A DNA stretch of 64,000 bases from Eledone cirrhosa (GCA_964016885.1 OZ024745.1:90706001-90770000), one strand, 5' to 3'. Positions 26,801 through 40,572 are shown, counted from the stretch's first letter. Made by a program: numbers and translations. Notes: generated from the sequence alone by a model not told the origin.

Positions 26801-28269
26801 TAATGAAATTTTAAAAAGTAGACAATCTAATTGCTATACGTTTTAAACATTTGGAATAGTGTGAAATTAACAACTTATACTAACTGGTTACAATGTTGAG
26901 ATACAGTTTCAAATCTGGCAACATTAATTGAACTAGCAGAAAAACCACCTTCAGGTGTAGTGTGTATATTGATATTATATGTAAGTGTATATACATGTAG
27001 ATATGATACATCAAATAAACTCGTAATTGACAATATACACATAAATTGAACGAAGACTGCGTACACTCTCTTATGTAATCAGTAATGTAATCCATGATGC
27101 ATTAAAAAAAGATGATATAATATATAAACTGCATTAGGAGAAAATTAGTGACGGAAATATATGTTTATTTAAGCAATCGCTAACCGGAAGTGTTGACATT
27201 TGAAAATTTTAAAGAAGTGAATCTTTAAATAAACAATAAAATATATTTAATCAACAGCTACGAAATTTAGTAGATAAATTATGTAATATTCATTCATTAT
27301 TTATTCAAAGTAATCCAACTTATTTTACTAATGGGATAAAAAATTATAAACCGTATGCAGTCCTGCACTCCTTACTTCATTATAGTTTAGATTGTATTGC
27401 ATGTTTGAACAATAAAGATTAATTTCTGATGATGTGAAGTTGCTATGGTATGAAAATGATGATGATGGCATGATGTTATGGTAATAAAGACACTTATAAA
27501 GATGGAGATGACGTTGGCAATTATACCGATGATAATAATGGTTTCTGATTTAAAAGAATTCTTACACCTACATAAAGATGTAGATTTAACAGTGATGGGA
27601 GAATTCTTGCCAGATACAGCCAGTTTAAATGCTAAAGGGTTAATTAATAATGATGATGATTTCCAATCTTCTCACAATACTACTCATTTTGTGAGTGGTA
27701 TAGACGATAAACTCCAGTAAATGACTGGTAATTATTTTACCCCATAATGATAATTTAAAAAAAAAAGCAAAACTGACATCAGCAAGATTTGAAATCAGAA
27801 TGTCAAGGTATATAACTAAATATTCAAAGACATTTCGTCTGCCACTTTATCAAATTTGCACCCTACTTCCTTAATCATTTCTTGAAATGGTACGGGGACT
27901 CAAATTTGTCTAGGGGTGTAATTAATTTATTTGCCCTTAATTCTTTAATCATAGCATTAAAAAATGTCACTATATACCCAAAGGTATTTATTCTGTCCCT
28001 CTACTAATAAAATAATAACAAACAGCTATGAGCCTGAAATATCTAATAAACAGGGATTTCCTAAAATAATGTCTCTTACATCACATAAGATCAATCTTCT
28101 ACAAAGAATACAGGAAATATGATAGAAAGAAAACTGTACAACATACATAGTAATAAAGAATCAAAAAAGAAATGAAAAGAAAAAGAATAAGAAAAAAGGA
28201 ATTAAGTAATGAAATAAAAGGAGAAGGTGGGGAACAACAGACTCTACACTGCAGATTTCTAAATTTGTG

Positions 28270-28470
28270 GCACAAGGTGGAGGAGGGCTTCTCATTACAA
28301 AGTCAGTGGATGGTCTGCCAGAACACTTTATTTGCTGATCTGAAGTCAGATTCCACCTTAACCCCAAAGTGCTCCGATGTCTTAACTTTGGATGCTTTTA
28401 CTGTCTCTGCTGTGATTTTTCGTGCTTGCTTGTACCACAAGTGCAAGGAGGACTTATTTGGAAGGAGGAC
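28270..28470 (-). mobile_element. old RTE-clade LINE remnant
   Basis: minus-strand translation EHFGVKVESDFRSANKVFWQTIH*L resembles the RTE EN-RT linker WEEFG..ME.DFR.A.K.FWQT.RRL. Confidence 0.55.
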
Positions 28471-29099
28471 TGTTTTTGACACAACTGAAGAATATTTCTG
28501 GCCCTTTGTTTGGCAGGTTTTCTATTGTTGGATGCTATTACCAACCATTTTAAAGTGTGTATTAGGTGCATTTACAGTGTAGATCACCAACATGAGGGAG
28601 GTTGTTGTGCCCTTGACACAACTGAAGGGTAGTAAACATGGTGAGAGACCAGATGCTATAGCGTTGGCAATCAAACAGAAACAATATAGGGTGTGAGAGG
28701 ACTCTTCAGTCTGAATAAACATGTGACAGCCTTTCTAGTGCTAGTGTCAATAAAATACACCCAGTACAATCAGTAAAGTGGTAGTGGTGGTGCCATGAAA
28801 AAAACCTACACAGTACACCCCAAAAGGCAGTTGACGTTAAGAAGTGCATCCAACTGTAGAATCAGTGCCAAATATGGAACATATGAGCAAGATGAAGTCG
28901 TTCCAACACATCTGCTCTTGGACCATGGCAACTCATCTGACCCATGCTAGTGTGGAAAGCAGATGAAAAGTAGTGGTGATGAGAAGGATGAAGAGGAGAG
29001 ATATGTCTTATTCTTTTAAATTTTCTCCTCATTTGCAGCAAACCAAAACAAGTTGCTAGAGGAAATCAACATGCTATTCACAATGTATACATAAAGTTG

Positions 29100-29452
29100 T
29101 TGTTGTCTGCTATGTCTGTTCCTGTTTCTACCAATGAGCAACAACAATTAGCTCTTTGATGAGTTGTGATACAATCAAAATACACTAATGGAGGGAAGTG
29201 GTTGAACAGGTGGATATGGTCAAGAGCAGATAGACAAAGATAGACCGTCGATCGACTTTTCGTCAAATCGGACTGAGGAAACAATATTTCCATTGGTCTT
29301 TCCAATTGCTAATACTCTCTATCGGTCACAACTCTAGGTAGGAGTAACGTGAAATAAAGTGTCTTGCCCAAGGACATAACACATCGCCCGGTCTGGGAAT
29401 CGAACACACAACCTCATGATTGTGAATCCAATTCTCTAACCACTCAGCCACA
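29100..29452 (-). mobile_element. tRNA-head SINE with CORE-like domain
   Basis: gtggctgagtggttag (A box), gttcgattcc (B box), tgtccttgggcaagacactt; more decayed relative at ~34990-35290 (+). Confidence 0.7.
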
Positions 29453-30443
29453 CACCTATGACTTTAATATTTGTCATTTTATTAACTAACTGCAGTTACC
29501 TGGCATTGTTCAGTTTCTGAAATATATTTCCACCAGTGATTATGAAATATTTCAGTAGTAGCTGCCCTCCCCACCTTTAGAAACTTACTTCTCCATGGAT
29601 TGTACTCTTTATAATTACAGAACAATCTATTTAATATCTGAGGCTATATTTCAGAAAACACACACACACACAATCATCATCATCATCATCAACATCCTTA
29701 TCTTTATCATCATAATCATCATCAACATCAACAACAACATTTAGCGGCTATTTTCCATGATTGCATGAGTTAGATGAGCTGTCACGCCATGTGGCTAAAC
29801 AGCTCAGGTGACCACATCTTGCTCATATGTGGCAGAAGTGGTGAGGATGACGATAATGATGATTATGTTTCCACTACATTAACCATAAGACAACCAGTAC
29901 AGCCCAATGTTTAAACTAATTATTTTAAGAGATTGGCTTTAATATTTCTTAATAGACATCGTGAAACAAAACCTGGCAGGAAATAGTAATCTCTTGAATT
30001 GAAAGTAAAGATTTGCTAGATGTTGTCTACACCATACTTATTTCCATACAATTTTCACACAGTTTCTTATTCTAACATGTGACCTGCATCACATTAATTT
30101 TCTGAATTATTGCTGTTGCAAGCAGCAGAATTTTGTCGTCGAGCAGGATTTCTAGTTAGGAGGTTGAAATAGAACTCCCACTCGACTATCACAAGAGTAA
30201 CTTTAATGTTATTACAAGACTGAATACTACTTACCCAAGTCTTCCTTTATCCATTTCAACTAAAACATTAAGCCCAACTAAACAACAAATAATTTTCTTT
30301 CCAGGCTAGTTGAATATTTACTGCAGTTGTTCAAATCTTACTCTTTAACTCTTGAATGAAATAGTTAATTTTTTTAGCATTTCTACATTCCATCTTATTT
30401 CCTTTTCAACTCGGATGTACAATTCTCATACAACAAACACATA

Positions 30444-30613
30444 CCATATTTCCCAGCATCGAAGACGCTAGTTTTTTCCTAAAATAAGTCTCAAATATCT
30501 GCCATGCGTCCTGGAAGCCAAAGGTTGTTTATTATTTTTTTTTTCTAATTTTTGGTTGTCAAAATTAGGGTGCGTCTTCGAGGACGAAGCCTCTTCAGCA
30601 CCAGGAAATATGG
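30444..30613. mobile_element. Tc1/mariner-superfamily (Tc2/pogo-like) MITE
   Basis: TA|CCATATTTCC...GGAAATATGG|TA; longer sibling at 44262-44584 shares both ends. Confidence 0.75.
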
Positions 30614-30835
30614 TAGTAATAACAAGCACCAGTAACAAAAACAACACATATGATAAAAAGAAATGTTTCCTTCTTCACTAAAAACACAAGTAAAATGAAA
30701 ATCTTTGTGGAAAATGGACATTATATGATGATGATAATTTTTATGAGCAAAATGACTGAAGAAAAATTTTTAAAATACATAAAATAGGTATACGAAACAC
30801 AAGAAAAATATACACTTAAAAAAAAATTCTCTTAC

Positions 30836-31552
30836 CGTTTTGTGCTTTTGTTTATATCGTAATACAGCGTTATCTTTATTTTTCTTCTCCTCTTTCTCAT
30901 AACTGCTGATGGAGGTAAGGGTATCAGAATCTTTCAGTTGTTGAGCGTCATCGTCTGGGTTTGAAATATCTAGTTTAGTTTCAAATGTGTCTAAATCTGT
31001 ATGTTGAACTGGTTGCGGCTTTGTAGCCACAGATATACTGTTTGTGTCATGCGTGCCATTTTCTGTCCCAGGTACATAACCATTAGCGACAAATTCATTA
31101 TGGCTTTCTGGTATCACTTGTCCATTGATTGTAATCACAGCATTCAAATCCGTTAACGGTTCACATGGCACATCATCTTCATTGTCCTCTAAAATGCTGA
31201 CTTTGACTTCTTGCACCTCCGTCTCATCTAAGGCACTATTAGTTTCATCGAAGGTCATTTTCTCATCGGTGAAAATGGTTGTCATTTGTTCTTGGTCGTT
31301 AATTTCTCCTCCTTCTTCTGCAACAACATCACTAACTGTATCGAAGACAACTGCTGGAATGGAAGGCTGGACAGTTGTTGACTTGATGACGTCATCAATG
31401 ATGTCTTCGAGAATCTGATAAGCTATGTTAGCTTTGTTAGAATCTTCCTCCTTTTGCTGAATTAGTATATCTGATGGAGACGTAGTTGAAATCACAGTAT
31501 CTGCTGGACCACTAGGAACCAAAATTTTGTCCTCAACAATTTTAGTAGGGCT
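30836..31552 (-). CDS. SLK: SLK/STK10 large acidic linker exon
   Basis: 717 nt open, ttgtag|AGC...ACG|gtaag, phase 0/0; in frame with ORF 30770..31522. Confidence 0.88.
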
Positions 31553-31722
31553 CTACAACAGAGATACAAACAATATAAGGCTACAGTTTATGACAGTAAC
31601 ATGGCAGCAAAATGGTGCTTTTGGAATAATTCACTAAGTGCTTAGAAAAGTGAAATGGTTTGAGATTAAGGTATAGAACAACTAACTAGCACGGTAAAGA
31701 GTTTCAATATTACTATAAATAT

Positions 31723-31939
31723 TAGGGCAGTGGATTAGAAGTATCGGTCGAGTGTTGGACAACATGCTTTATGGCATAGAGGTACAGCCCTTTACAATCT
31801 AAGTTCAAATCCTGTCGAGATTAGCTTTGCATTCCATCCTTATGGTGTCGATAAAATAAAGTACCAGTTATGCACGGCGGTCAATTTAATCGATTTCCCC
31901 CTCCTCTCAAATTGCTGTCCTTGTGCCTAAATCAGAAAC
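31723..31939 (+). mobile_element. tRNA-derived SINE (ATT-associated family) with ~18-bp TSD
   Basis: caatattactataaatat at 31705-31722 and 31940-31957; A/B boxes and family 3' end. Confidence 0.88.
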
Positions 31940-32153
31940 CAATATTACTATAAATATCGTGTGGTGCTTCTGAGAAAGGTAAAAATCTTGTTTGCCTTAA
32001 ACTGTCTGATTACTTTATGATGTAGTAATTAATAGCAAGAAAAGTATCCAAATGTAAAACTATTTGCTGCAACAATAAGGAAATATCAAAACTCCACTAA
32101 CACTACCTTAACAAACAAATTCAAGATTGGGGAGAAAAAATCAGAATATTTAC

Positions 32154-32237
32154 TACCTGGTCATTAGGTATGAGGTGTCCGATTTCAAATTGAAAGTGCA
32201 TAAGGAAATCGGACATTTCATACTTAAGGACCTAATA
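32154..32237. mobile_element. 84-bp mariner-type MITE
   Basis: ~33-bp imperfect TIRs (..gtatga..tgtccgatttc / gaaatcggaca..tcatac..) around an 18-bp spacer, TA at both ends. Confidence 0.6.
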
Positions 32238-32308
32238 TTTTCATTTAGAAAGCTTCAACTTCATTTAAAGTTAAAACTAGAATACACTCCATTTAACATG
32301 TCTATTAA

Positions 32309-33575
32309 TATTAAGTTGCTCAGAAATTAATGCAGGTTTTATGTTTTTATTTGTTTCAACAATTTTTTAAGAATAACATTTTTTAAGAATAAAAACTCAA
32401 GCAAAATGAAGACATTGATGTATCAGTTTTAAGCATTTTTTATACTTTTTTTCTATGTTTTTTTCTACTTTTAATATAAATTGCATTTTTGTCATTTTTC
32501 AGGTCTTTGAAGTTGTCAAAACAAGATTTTCTGAGTCAAAACCTAGTTGCAGTGTAGCACAAACAACTAGAAACATTGATGAAGTTTGGAGCAATCAAAG
32601 TGTTAAGTGTTAAACAGTCTAACATTGGTTCCAAAAAGGCAGTCATGGTGAATTCACTCTTGAAAGTAAGGAAAGTCACAGATATCCTTCTGTCATTCAT
32701 GGTAATGAATTGAAAGCTTTGGCGTAAGTAAATCCTTGCACAACTGTTCAAAAGCATGAGAGATAGCTAGATGTAAGCATGAGAACAATTTCTCAACATT
32801 GGAACCAAATTAGAAAGTTAAAGAAGCTTGAAAATGGGTGCTACATGAATTGAACAAAAACCAAAAGAAAAAAAATTGCCATTATGAAATCTCTTCTTCA
32901 CTTATTTTGTGCAACAAAAATGACTCATTTCTTGATCACATTGTGACATGTGATGAAAAGTGGGTCCTATACAACAACCAATGATGTTCAACACTGTGGT
33001 TAGACTAAGAGGATGCTCCTAAACACTTCCCAAGATCAAAATTGCACTAAAAGAAGGTTATGTTGGCTGCTTGGGGTTCACAGCCAGATTAAATCCTCCC
33101 AACAGCTTTCTGAATCATGACAAAACAATCACAGCAGAGAAGTATTGTCATAAAAGTGATGAAATGCATTAAAAAAACTGCAGTGTATGTGTCCAGCATT
33201 GGTCAATAAAAAGGTTCAATCCTCTTACACAACAACACTGAACCACACATTGTAAAATTAATGCTTCAGAAATTGAGCAAATTGGGTTATGAAACTGCCT
33301 CTTCAAGCATTTCAACAATTTCTTGCAAGGAAAAGTTTTCAACAACCAAACAGCTACATAAAAATTGCTCTCAAAGAATATATTGTCTCCCAAACTTCAG
33401 AATTCTATGTCACTGGAATAAGTACACTTCTATCTTGTTGACAAAAATGTGTAAATTCTAATAGTCATTTCAATTAATAAAGTTTATTCTAGTCCGAGAT
33501 ATTTATTATTTCAACTAATTTGCTCAATTACAGATGATTTCCAGCTAAAACAAAATTAACTTACACAACTGAAAA
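32309..33575 (+). mobile_element. decayed mariner transposon
   Basis: remnants WVLHEL (WVPHEL), FLDHIVTCDEKWVLYNN and LHNNTEPH (HDNA.PH); mariner-like left end tattaagttgctcagaaattaatgcaggtttt; right end uncertain. Confidence 0.78.
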
Positions 33576-33669
33576 AGAAAAAAAAGAAAAAAATCAGAGG
33601 TTCAAACCCAAATCTTAACCAAATTTACCTCAGTAAAATTAAATTAAATAAGATTAATCAACTGCTTAC

Positions 33670-34092
33670 CGCACTGGCATCAGACTTCTCATCTCCACTA
33701 GGACCTAACCCTTCATCAGAGGAGCGATCTAAGTCCTCAGTGGTTTCCAATGATTTCTTAACACTAATTTCAGCCACAGTATCATTATTATTACTACTAC
33801 TCACAGGCAGACTGGTGGGCTTTTGTGCAATGTTCTCGTGAGTATCAGACAGGGAGCTGCAACTTTCACTGATAGGGGTTGGAACCTCAGATGGGACTTC
33901 TGGACTGTTAGAAGCACGTTCGATAGTATCAGGTAAAGCTTGGGGAATTTTGGAAGTAGGCTCAGGAATGGAAACACTACTGGAATCTTTTGAAACAGTG
34001 TTGCTCTGCTTCTTATCATTGTCTGAGGTAAAGGAAGCTGATGAAGGTATGCTGGAGTCATCAGGTGCAGAAATATCTTTATCATTAACAGT
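33670..34092 (-). CDS. SLK: SLK/STK10 Ser/Pro/acidic linker exon
   Basis: 423 nt open, gcacag|ACT...GCG|gtaag, phase 0/0; inside ORF 33658..34170 (TVNDKDISAPDD...SDEGLGPSGDEKSDASA). Confidence 0.85.
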
Positions 34093-34304
34093 CTGTGCAA
34101 GAAGAAGGTAATAAATTAAATAAATAAATAAAGCAGGAGGTGTTAAGTTAGAGAATTGCAATTTAAACAATAAAAAAGGGAGGACAAAAAAAGGGGGGGG
34201 GGGGATAAATGATAAAAATTCTAAATCTATGTTTTAACTTTGCAGAAAAAACCTTAAAATATCAACAATAACCACAAATAAAATTTACATTATTCTTTCT
34301 TTAA

Positions 34305-34525
34305 CCCTTTAGCATTTAAACTGGTCATATCCAGCCAGAATGCTCTCAACTCTTTCTGTTCAAACCGGCCATAACTGGCCACTCATGCTGACGTTAAGGT
34401 ATTGTTCTCAAAATAAATAATATCAAAATCTAGTAGATTCGATATTATGTGAGATAATTATGTGAGGTAAAGCCTTTACTGTGAAAATATAATAGTAAAT
34501 ATAGAGTAATGTAAATGCTAAAGAG
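34305..34525. mobile_element. TTAA-flanked MITE, same family as 8652-8872
   Basis: TTAA|CCCTTTAGCATTTA...TAAATGCTAAAGAG|TTAA. Confidence 0.8.
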
Positions 34526-35849
34526 TTAATTATCATATTTCTAATAAAATACTTTGTATTTTAATGAATGAAGAATTTCGAATGGATTTACTAAGATTAT
34601 AACTTCATTAAGATAATATTTGTAGTATAATAAAATGTTCTTACATAAAATTATGTTGGGTGGTTTTAATTTAGATAGGAACTCTATGAGATTTTGATAT
34701 TAATTATTTTGAGAACAATACCTTAACATCAGTATGAGTGACCAGTTACAGCCAGTTTGAACAACAATAGGTGAGAGAATTCTGGCCAGACATGGCCGGT
34801 TTAAATGGGAAGTTTTGTTTCATGGAAACAGGTGGCTTGGGGCAGGTTAATATCAAAACAGTTAACCCAGTATTTAATACTGAAGGTTTGCTCATGTTAT
34901 GATTTGAACTCCAAGTTGTATGATAATTAATTTGTTGGATACTTAGTACATCTGGCAATTACATAATACATTACCAACAAGGTGCAAGGCTTCGTGGCAA
35001 GGGCGTTTGTCTCACAATTGTGAAACTGTGAGTTCAATTCTAGGCAGCATGCTGTGTCCTTGAGAAAAACACTTTATTCTGTGTTGCTCAATTCAAATCA
35101 GCTGGCAAAATATGAGTTGTTTGTCATACTCTGTGTCATACTGAATTTCCCTGACAACTACATTAAGGACACACAGGTCTGTGGAATGCTCATCTACTTG
35201 CAGGCTAATTTCATGAGTAGGCTGTTCTGCTATTTAGACAACTGTAACATTTGTCATCAAACCCAACAGATCCAACAACAAGAACCAAGAATAAGATAGC
35301 TGTCAGTAACCCTATCAGTGGTCAAATCTACCTTATAATAGCTAACATTTCACATCTGTATTGTAGTTTTTTTAATCTCTTTTAGTGAAAGATGAACTGG
35401 ATCAGTGAGAGATAAATGTTTTCACCAGAGAGGATATATATTTATACCTCCAATATTTTTAGTTAATACAGCACACACATCATCAAACAGCAACAACTAA
35501 TTAAAGTCACTTGACTGATAAGGAATCATCATCATCGCTACCGCCGCTGCTGCCAGTAGAAATATTAGTTGCCTGCCAGAGTAATCTGGCAACTATTAAT
35601 TTCAGAATACCCACCCTCCACTCCATTGCTAATTTAGCCACATAGGTAACATATGCTATTAATTACTGGGTGTTCTTACTCCTGTACTTCTGCTACATAC
35701 AAAATCTTTGTCAGCTTGCCTGTGACCCAACTGCTTTTATTTTATTTTTTTGCATACCCAAAACATTTCTTTGGAACACTGTATGGTAGTTGTACCATAT
35801 CAAGCATGGCCACTTCCCAGATTGTAGTAGAGTCTCATCTTCTTTCCTA

Positions 35850-36540
35850 AAAACTAAAACATTTATCTTTGATAGGTTTACTTTAAGACCACCTAATTCT
35901 AGTTCTTGATTCTATTTTTGAAATTCTTTCCTAATGCTTCATCAAATTCAGCTATGATCATCAGGATAGCCTAAAGAACCATGATAGGAGCAGGCTAAGA
36001 ACTGAGCCTTTATGGATACCTACCTGCATCCTAAATCCCTTGCTATTTCTTATCTTGCTCACTGTATCTCTATACAAGGCTTCAATAGCTCTCCAAAAAT
36101 CTTTTCCTCCAAGTCAACAAATGTTAGGTGTAAGAGACCATTTGCTAGAACATCTCTTAACATTGTTTCATTAGAAAGAGAGCATGGGTTATACCATGTG
36201 ATGGCAACAAACCTAAACTACATCTCATCCAAGTTAATTTTATTTCTAATTAGTTGTAATGTAACACTTTCTGTTATTATATTAACTTGGTCTTCTGTGA
36301 TTGCTTCTTTCTAGAGTGTTTCCTTTGTAGCAGTGTAGCAGTTGATTATAATCTCACACAAGTCACTAGGTATGACACTTCTCTGTATTACCTGATTAAC
36401 AATGCAATAAATTAATACATGTCCTATTTTACCTATTTTCAGCATCTCAGCAATTATTCCTAACCATCACATTGTTTTCCGTTGTTTCATATCCTTAATG
36501 GTTATTTCAACCATATGCTTGTAAATAGTTGACCCCTCTA
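35850..36540 (-). mobile_element. old RTE LINE remnant (RT region)
   Basis: decayed similarity to the RT N-terminal part of the young RTE copies (IIAEMLK..., IVNQVIQ..VIP.D, CYKGN.L, QGSVLS). Confidence 0.6.
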
Positions 36541-36814
36541 GTAAGGTGGTCAAATAAAGAGGAACTTCATAATCATCACACTCAAAGATTATGAGAATGA
36601 TTAACAGCAAAAACACATGATATATGATACAAAGCATTGACCAACAACTATCGCCAACATGGTGAATTTGAATTATTCACTCAACAACAAGAGACAAACA
36701 TTAGTTGTTTCAAACAGCCATGGCTTCACAGTAAACTGGATAGCAATAAAAACACATCCTCTATTAATCTCATATAATCTCAAAATTTACAAGCAATAGT
36801 AACAAGGGATATAT

Positions 36815-37010
36815 ATATCCTACTGATCTGTTATAATACATATAATACATCTGTTACTGTTAAATAGATATCCTACTGGTCTGTTATAATACATCTGTTA
36901 CTGTTAAACAGATATCCTACTGGTCTGTTATAATATATCTGTTACTGTTAAACAGATATCCTACTGGTCTGTTATAATACATCTGTTACTGTTTAAACAG
37001 ATATCCTACT
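36815..37010. repeat. 44-bp tandem repeat (~4.3 copies)
   Basis: atatcctactggtctgttataatacatctgttactgttaaacag. Confidence 0.9.
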
Positions 37011-37335
37011 AAAATAAATCATGTTAAGAGCAATAATTGCCAAAGAGAAAAATGGATGTTAACTGATGATGATAATGATGATGATGATGATGATGATATA
37101 TAGTGTTTTTATGGTTTCATTTTAAGAGCTTGATTTTCAAGATATTAAGCAAAACAATATTGTGTAAAACCTGAGACAGAGAGAAAATGAGAGAGACGGA
37201 GGAGAGAAATTTGTAGTGCAAATACAAGCATCACAACCACAACCACCATTATTGCTACTACTATTACTGCTATTACACACCGATCACCTCCAATACTGCC
37301 ACCACTAACACCACCACCACTATAGCTCTACTTAC

Positions 37336-37434
37336 AATAACATCATCCTTGCCCGGCTCTGTTTTCTCCATGTCTTCCATAGTCAAGTTGGAGATTGTGT
37401 CCAGCTCGAAGGATTTGTTGCCCTCGCCAATGTT
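37336..37434 (-). CDS. SLK: SLK/STK10 linker exon
   Basis: pyrimidine tract + cag|AAC...ATT|gtaag, 99 nt open, phase 0/0; NIGEGNKSFELDTISNLTMEDMEKTEPGKDDVI; no homology support. Confidence 0.75.
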
Positions 37435-38499
37435 CTGTGGGAAGGGGAAAGGTCAAACAAAAATAATAAGTGCAATCAACTAGTAGACAGATAAAGGCAT
37501 AACAATGTCATCACCAATAGCATCTTTATTGTCCAAATCTTCATCATTGCATTAATATAACTTTGGTGAATCTAGTCAACTCTCCAACTACCTCCTATTT
37601 ATTCCGAGGACCCATTTCTGTGTCCATACATGTGTCAGTAAGCAAGCATATGTATACGTTTATGTATTCAGGTGTATTCCAGAGTTTATTCTAGACTGAG
37701 AAAGGGGCGGAACAAGTCTTCAATACTTTAAATCCCTTACCAGTAGTAGTTCTAAACTAAATCTGAGCTCATTCAATCTCTTAAGACTATGATTGTCATT
37801 GATATCTTCCTTTTATACAAAAATAGAGAGCTGCTGCAAAAAATTAAGTTAGGGTATGTGCATGTGCATACATGTATGTGTGTGCATGTGGGTGTAGACG
37901 TGTGCATATGCATGCAGATGTATGTGTTTATATCTATAGGTACATGTATACAGTATGCCCATAAATAATAAAGGAACTACCAAAATGGACATGGTGTGAA
38001 AAGTTAAAACATTTCTAAAAGAATTTATATATATATTTTAAATATTTAATTCTTCAGACTGACAACAGAATGTCTGATGTTGGTTTAATTTTAAAAAAGG
38101 CAAAACTTTGGAATTTTGCCAATTAGAAAAATGTTTTTTTTTTTTTTTTTAATGAAGAAAAACATTTCTCTTCTTTCCCCAGTGGAACTGCTAATTGCAT
38201 TTATTTTCATCCAGAGAATAAAAATAAAGGAAAATGCCACAAAGAAGATTGGAAATAAATCAACAAATAAAATATAACATAAAATAAAAGAAAAAGAAAA
38301 CTTAGCAAAAAATATTTTTTGCAGACTGATTGTAAAATTTAATTTCAGGCAAGTAGGATAACCATAGTGATGTAAAGCAAAACAAAAATATACAAAAATG
38401 TACAACAAAAAATATTTAAAAAGAAAGTATGAATATACCATTTAAATTTAAAAAAACAAAAAAACAAATACTTGAAGAAAAAGAGCAGTGACAGAACAG

Positions 38500-40297
38500 G
38501 GGAGTAGAGAGAAGAGTAATACAGCAAAAGAGAGTAGAGAGAAGAGTAATACAGCAAAGGAGAGTAGAGAACTGTAATACAGCAAAAGGGAGTAGAGAAA
38601 TGTAATACAGCAAAGGAGAGTAGAGAACTATAATACAGCAAAGGAGAGTATTGAGAAGAGTAATACAGCAAAAGAGGGTAGAGAGAAGAGTAATACAGCA
38701 AAGGAGAGTAGAGAGAAGAGTAATACAGCAAAGGAGAGTAGAGAACTGTAATACAGCAAAGGAGAGTATTGAGAAGAATAATAAAGCAAAAGAGAGTAGA
38801 GAGAAGAGTAATACAGCAAAAGAGAGTAGAGAGAAGAGTAATACAGCAAAGGAGAGTAGAAAGAAGAGTAATACAGGAAAAGAGAGTAGAGAGAAGAGTA
38901 ATACAGCAAAAGAAAGTAGAGAGAAGAGTAATACAGCAAAGGAGAGTAGAGAGAAGAGAATACAGCAAAGGAGAGTAGAGAATACAGTTCTCTACTCTCC
39001 TTTGCTGTATTGAGAAGAATAATAAAGCAAAAGAGAGTAGAGAGAAGAGTAATACAGCAAAAGAGAGTAGAGAGAAGAGTAATACAGCAAAAGAGAGTAG
39101 AGAGAAGAGTAATACAGCAAAGGAGAGTAGAGAACTGTAATACAGCAAAAGAGAGTAGAGAGAAGAGTAATACAGCAAAGGAGAGTAGAGAACTGTAATA
39201 CAGCAAAGGAGAGTATTGAGAAGAGTAATACAGCAAAAGAGAGTAGAGAGAAGAGTAATACAGCAAAAGAGAGTAGAGAGAAGAGTAATACAGGAAAAGA
39301 GAGTAGAGAGAAGAGTAATACAGCAAAAGAGAGTAGAGAGAAGAGTAATACAGCAAAAGAGAGTAGAGAGAAGAGTAATACAGGAAAAGAGTAGAGAGAA
39401 GAGTAATACAGCAAAAGAGAGTATAGAGAAGAGTAATACAGGAAAAGAGAGTAGAGAGAAGAGTAATACAGGAAAAGAGAGTAGAGAGAAGAGTAATACA
39501 GCAAAGGAGAGTAGAGAGAAGAGTAATACAGGAAAAGAGAGTAGAGAGAAGAGTAATACAGGAAAAGAGAGTAGAGAGAAGAGTAATACAGCAAAGGAGA
39601 GTAGAGAGAAGAGTAATACAGGAAAAGAGAGTAGAGAGAAGAGTAATACAGCAAAGGAGAGTAGAGAGAAGAGTAATACAGGAAAAGAGAGTAGAGAGAA
39701 GAGTAATACAGGAAAAGAGAGTAGAGAGAAGAGTAATACAGCAAAGGAGAGTAGAGAACTGTAATACAGCAAAAGAGAGTAGAGAGAAGAGTAATACAGC
39801 AAAGGAGAGTAGAGAACTGTAATACAGCAAAGGAGAGTATTGAGAAGAGTAATACAGCAAAGGAGAGTATTGAGAAGAGTAATACAGCAAAAGAGAGTAG
39901 AGAGAAGAGTAATACAGCAAAAGAGAGTAGAGAGAAGAGTAATACAGGAAAAGAGAGTAGAGAGAAGAGTAATACAGCAAAAGAGAGTAGAGAGAAGAGT
40001 AATACAGGAAAAGAGTAGAGAGAAGAGTAATACAGCAAAAGAGAGTATAGAGAAGAGTAATACAGGAAAAGAGAGTAGAGAGAAGAGTAATACAGCAAAA
40101 GAGAGTAGAGAGAAGAGTAATACAGCAAAGGAGAGTAGAGAGAAGAGTAATACAGGAAAAGAGAGTAGAGAGAAGAGTAATACAGGAAAAGAGAGTAGAG
40201 AGAAGAGTAATACAGCAAAGGAGAGTAGAGAGAAGAGTAATACAGGAAAAGAGAGTAGAGAGAAGAGTAATACAGGAAAAGAGAGTAGAGAGAAGCC
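38500..40297. repeat. 30-bp purine-rich minisatellite (~60 copies, 1.8 kb)
   Basis: gagtagagagaagagtaatacagcaaaaga with 28-bp variants; source of the spurious long ORFs here. Confidence 0.97.
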
Positions 40298-40513
40298 AAA
40301 GAGAGAGAGAAGAGATATACAGCAGTAGATGAGACAAGAGGATAGAGATGAGAGGAACAGTCAATGAGAGATAGAGATGAGAATGACAGACAATGAAAGA
40401 GTAGAGAGAAGGAAAGAAAGAAGCAGAAGTGAGAGAAGTAGAGAGAAGGAAAGAAAGAAGCAGAAGTGAGAGAAATAGAGGGAGAAAATGATTGCTAAGG
40501 GGCAGAAACAGTG

Positions 40514-40572
<59 letters not shown>

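Noticed and set aside
26885-26960. Hammerhead ribozyme-like CUGA..GAAA spacing on the minus strand (also near 50520-50556 and 41950-41990)
   Set aside because: Cores deviate from CUGANGA and the three stems could not be formed convincingly by eye; a covariance-model search is needed
29484-29700. Third Helitron (minus-strand 3'-end-like sequence near 29487)
   Set aside because: Hairpin and CTRR are degenerate and no convincing 5' TC end was found
38345-40364. Long hydrophobic ORFs of 435-578 aa
   Set aside because: Stop-free readings of the 30-bp satellite in all three minus frames; no domain and no splice support
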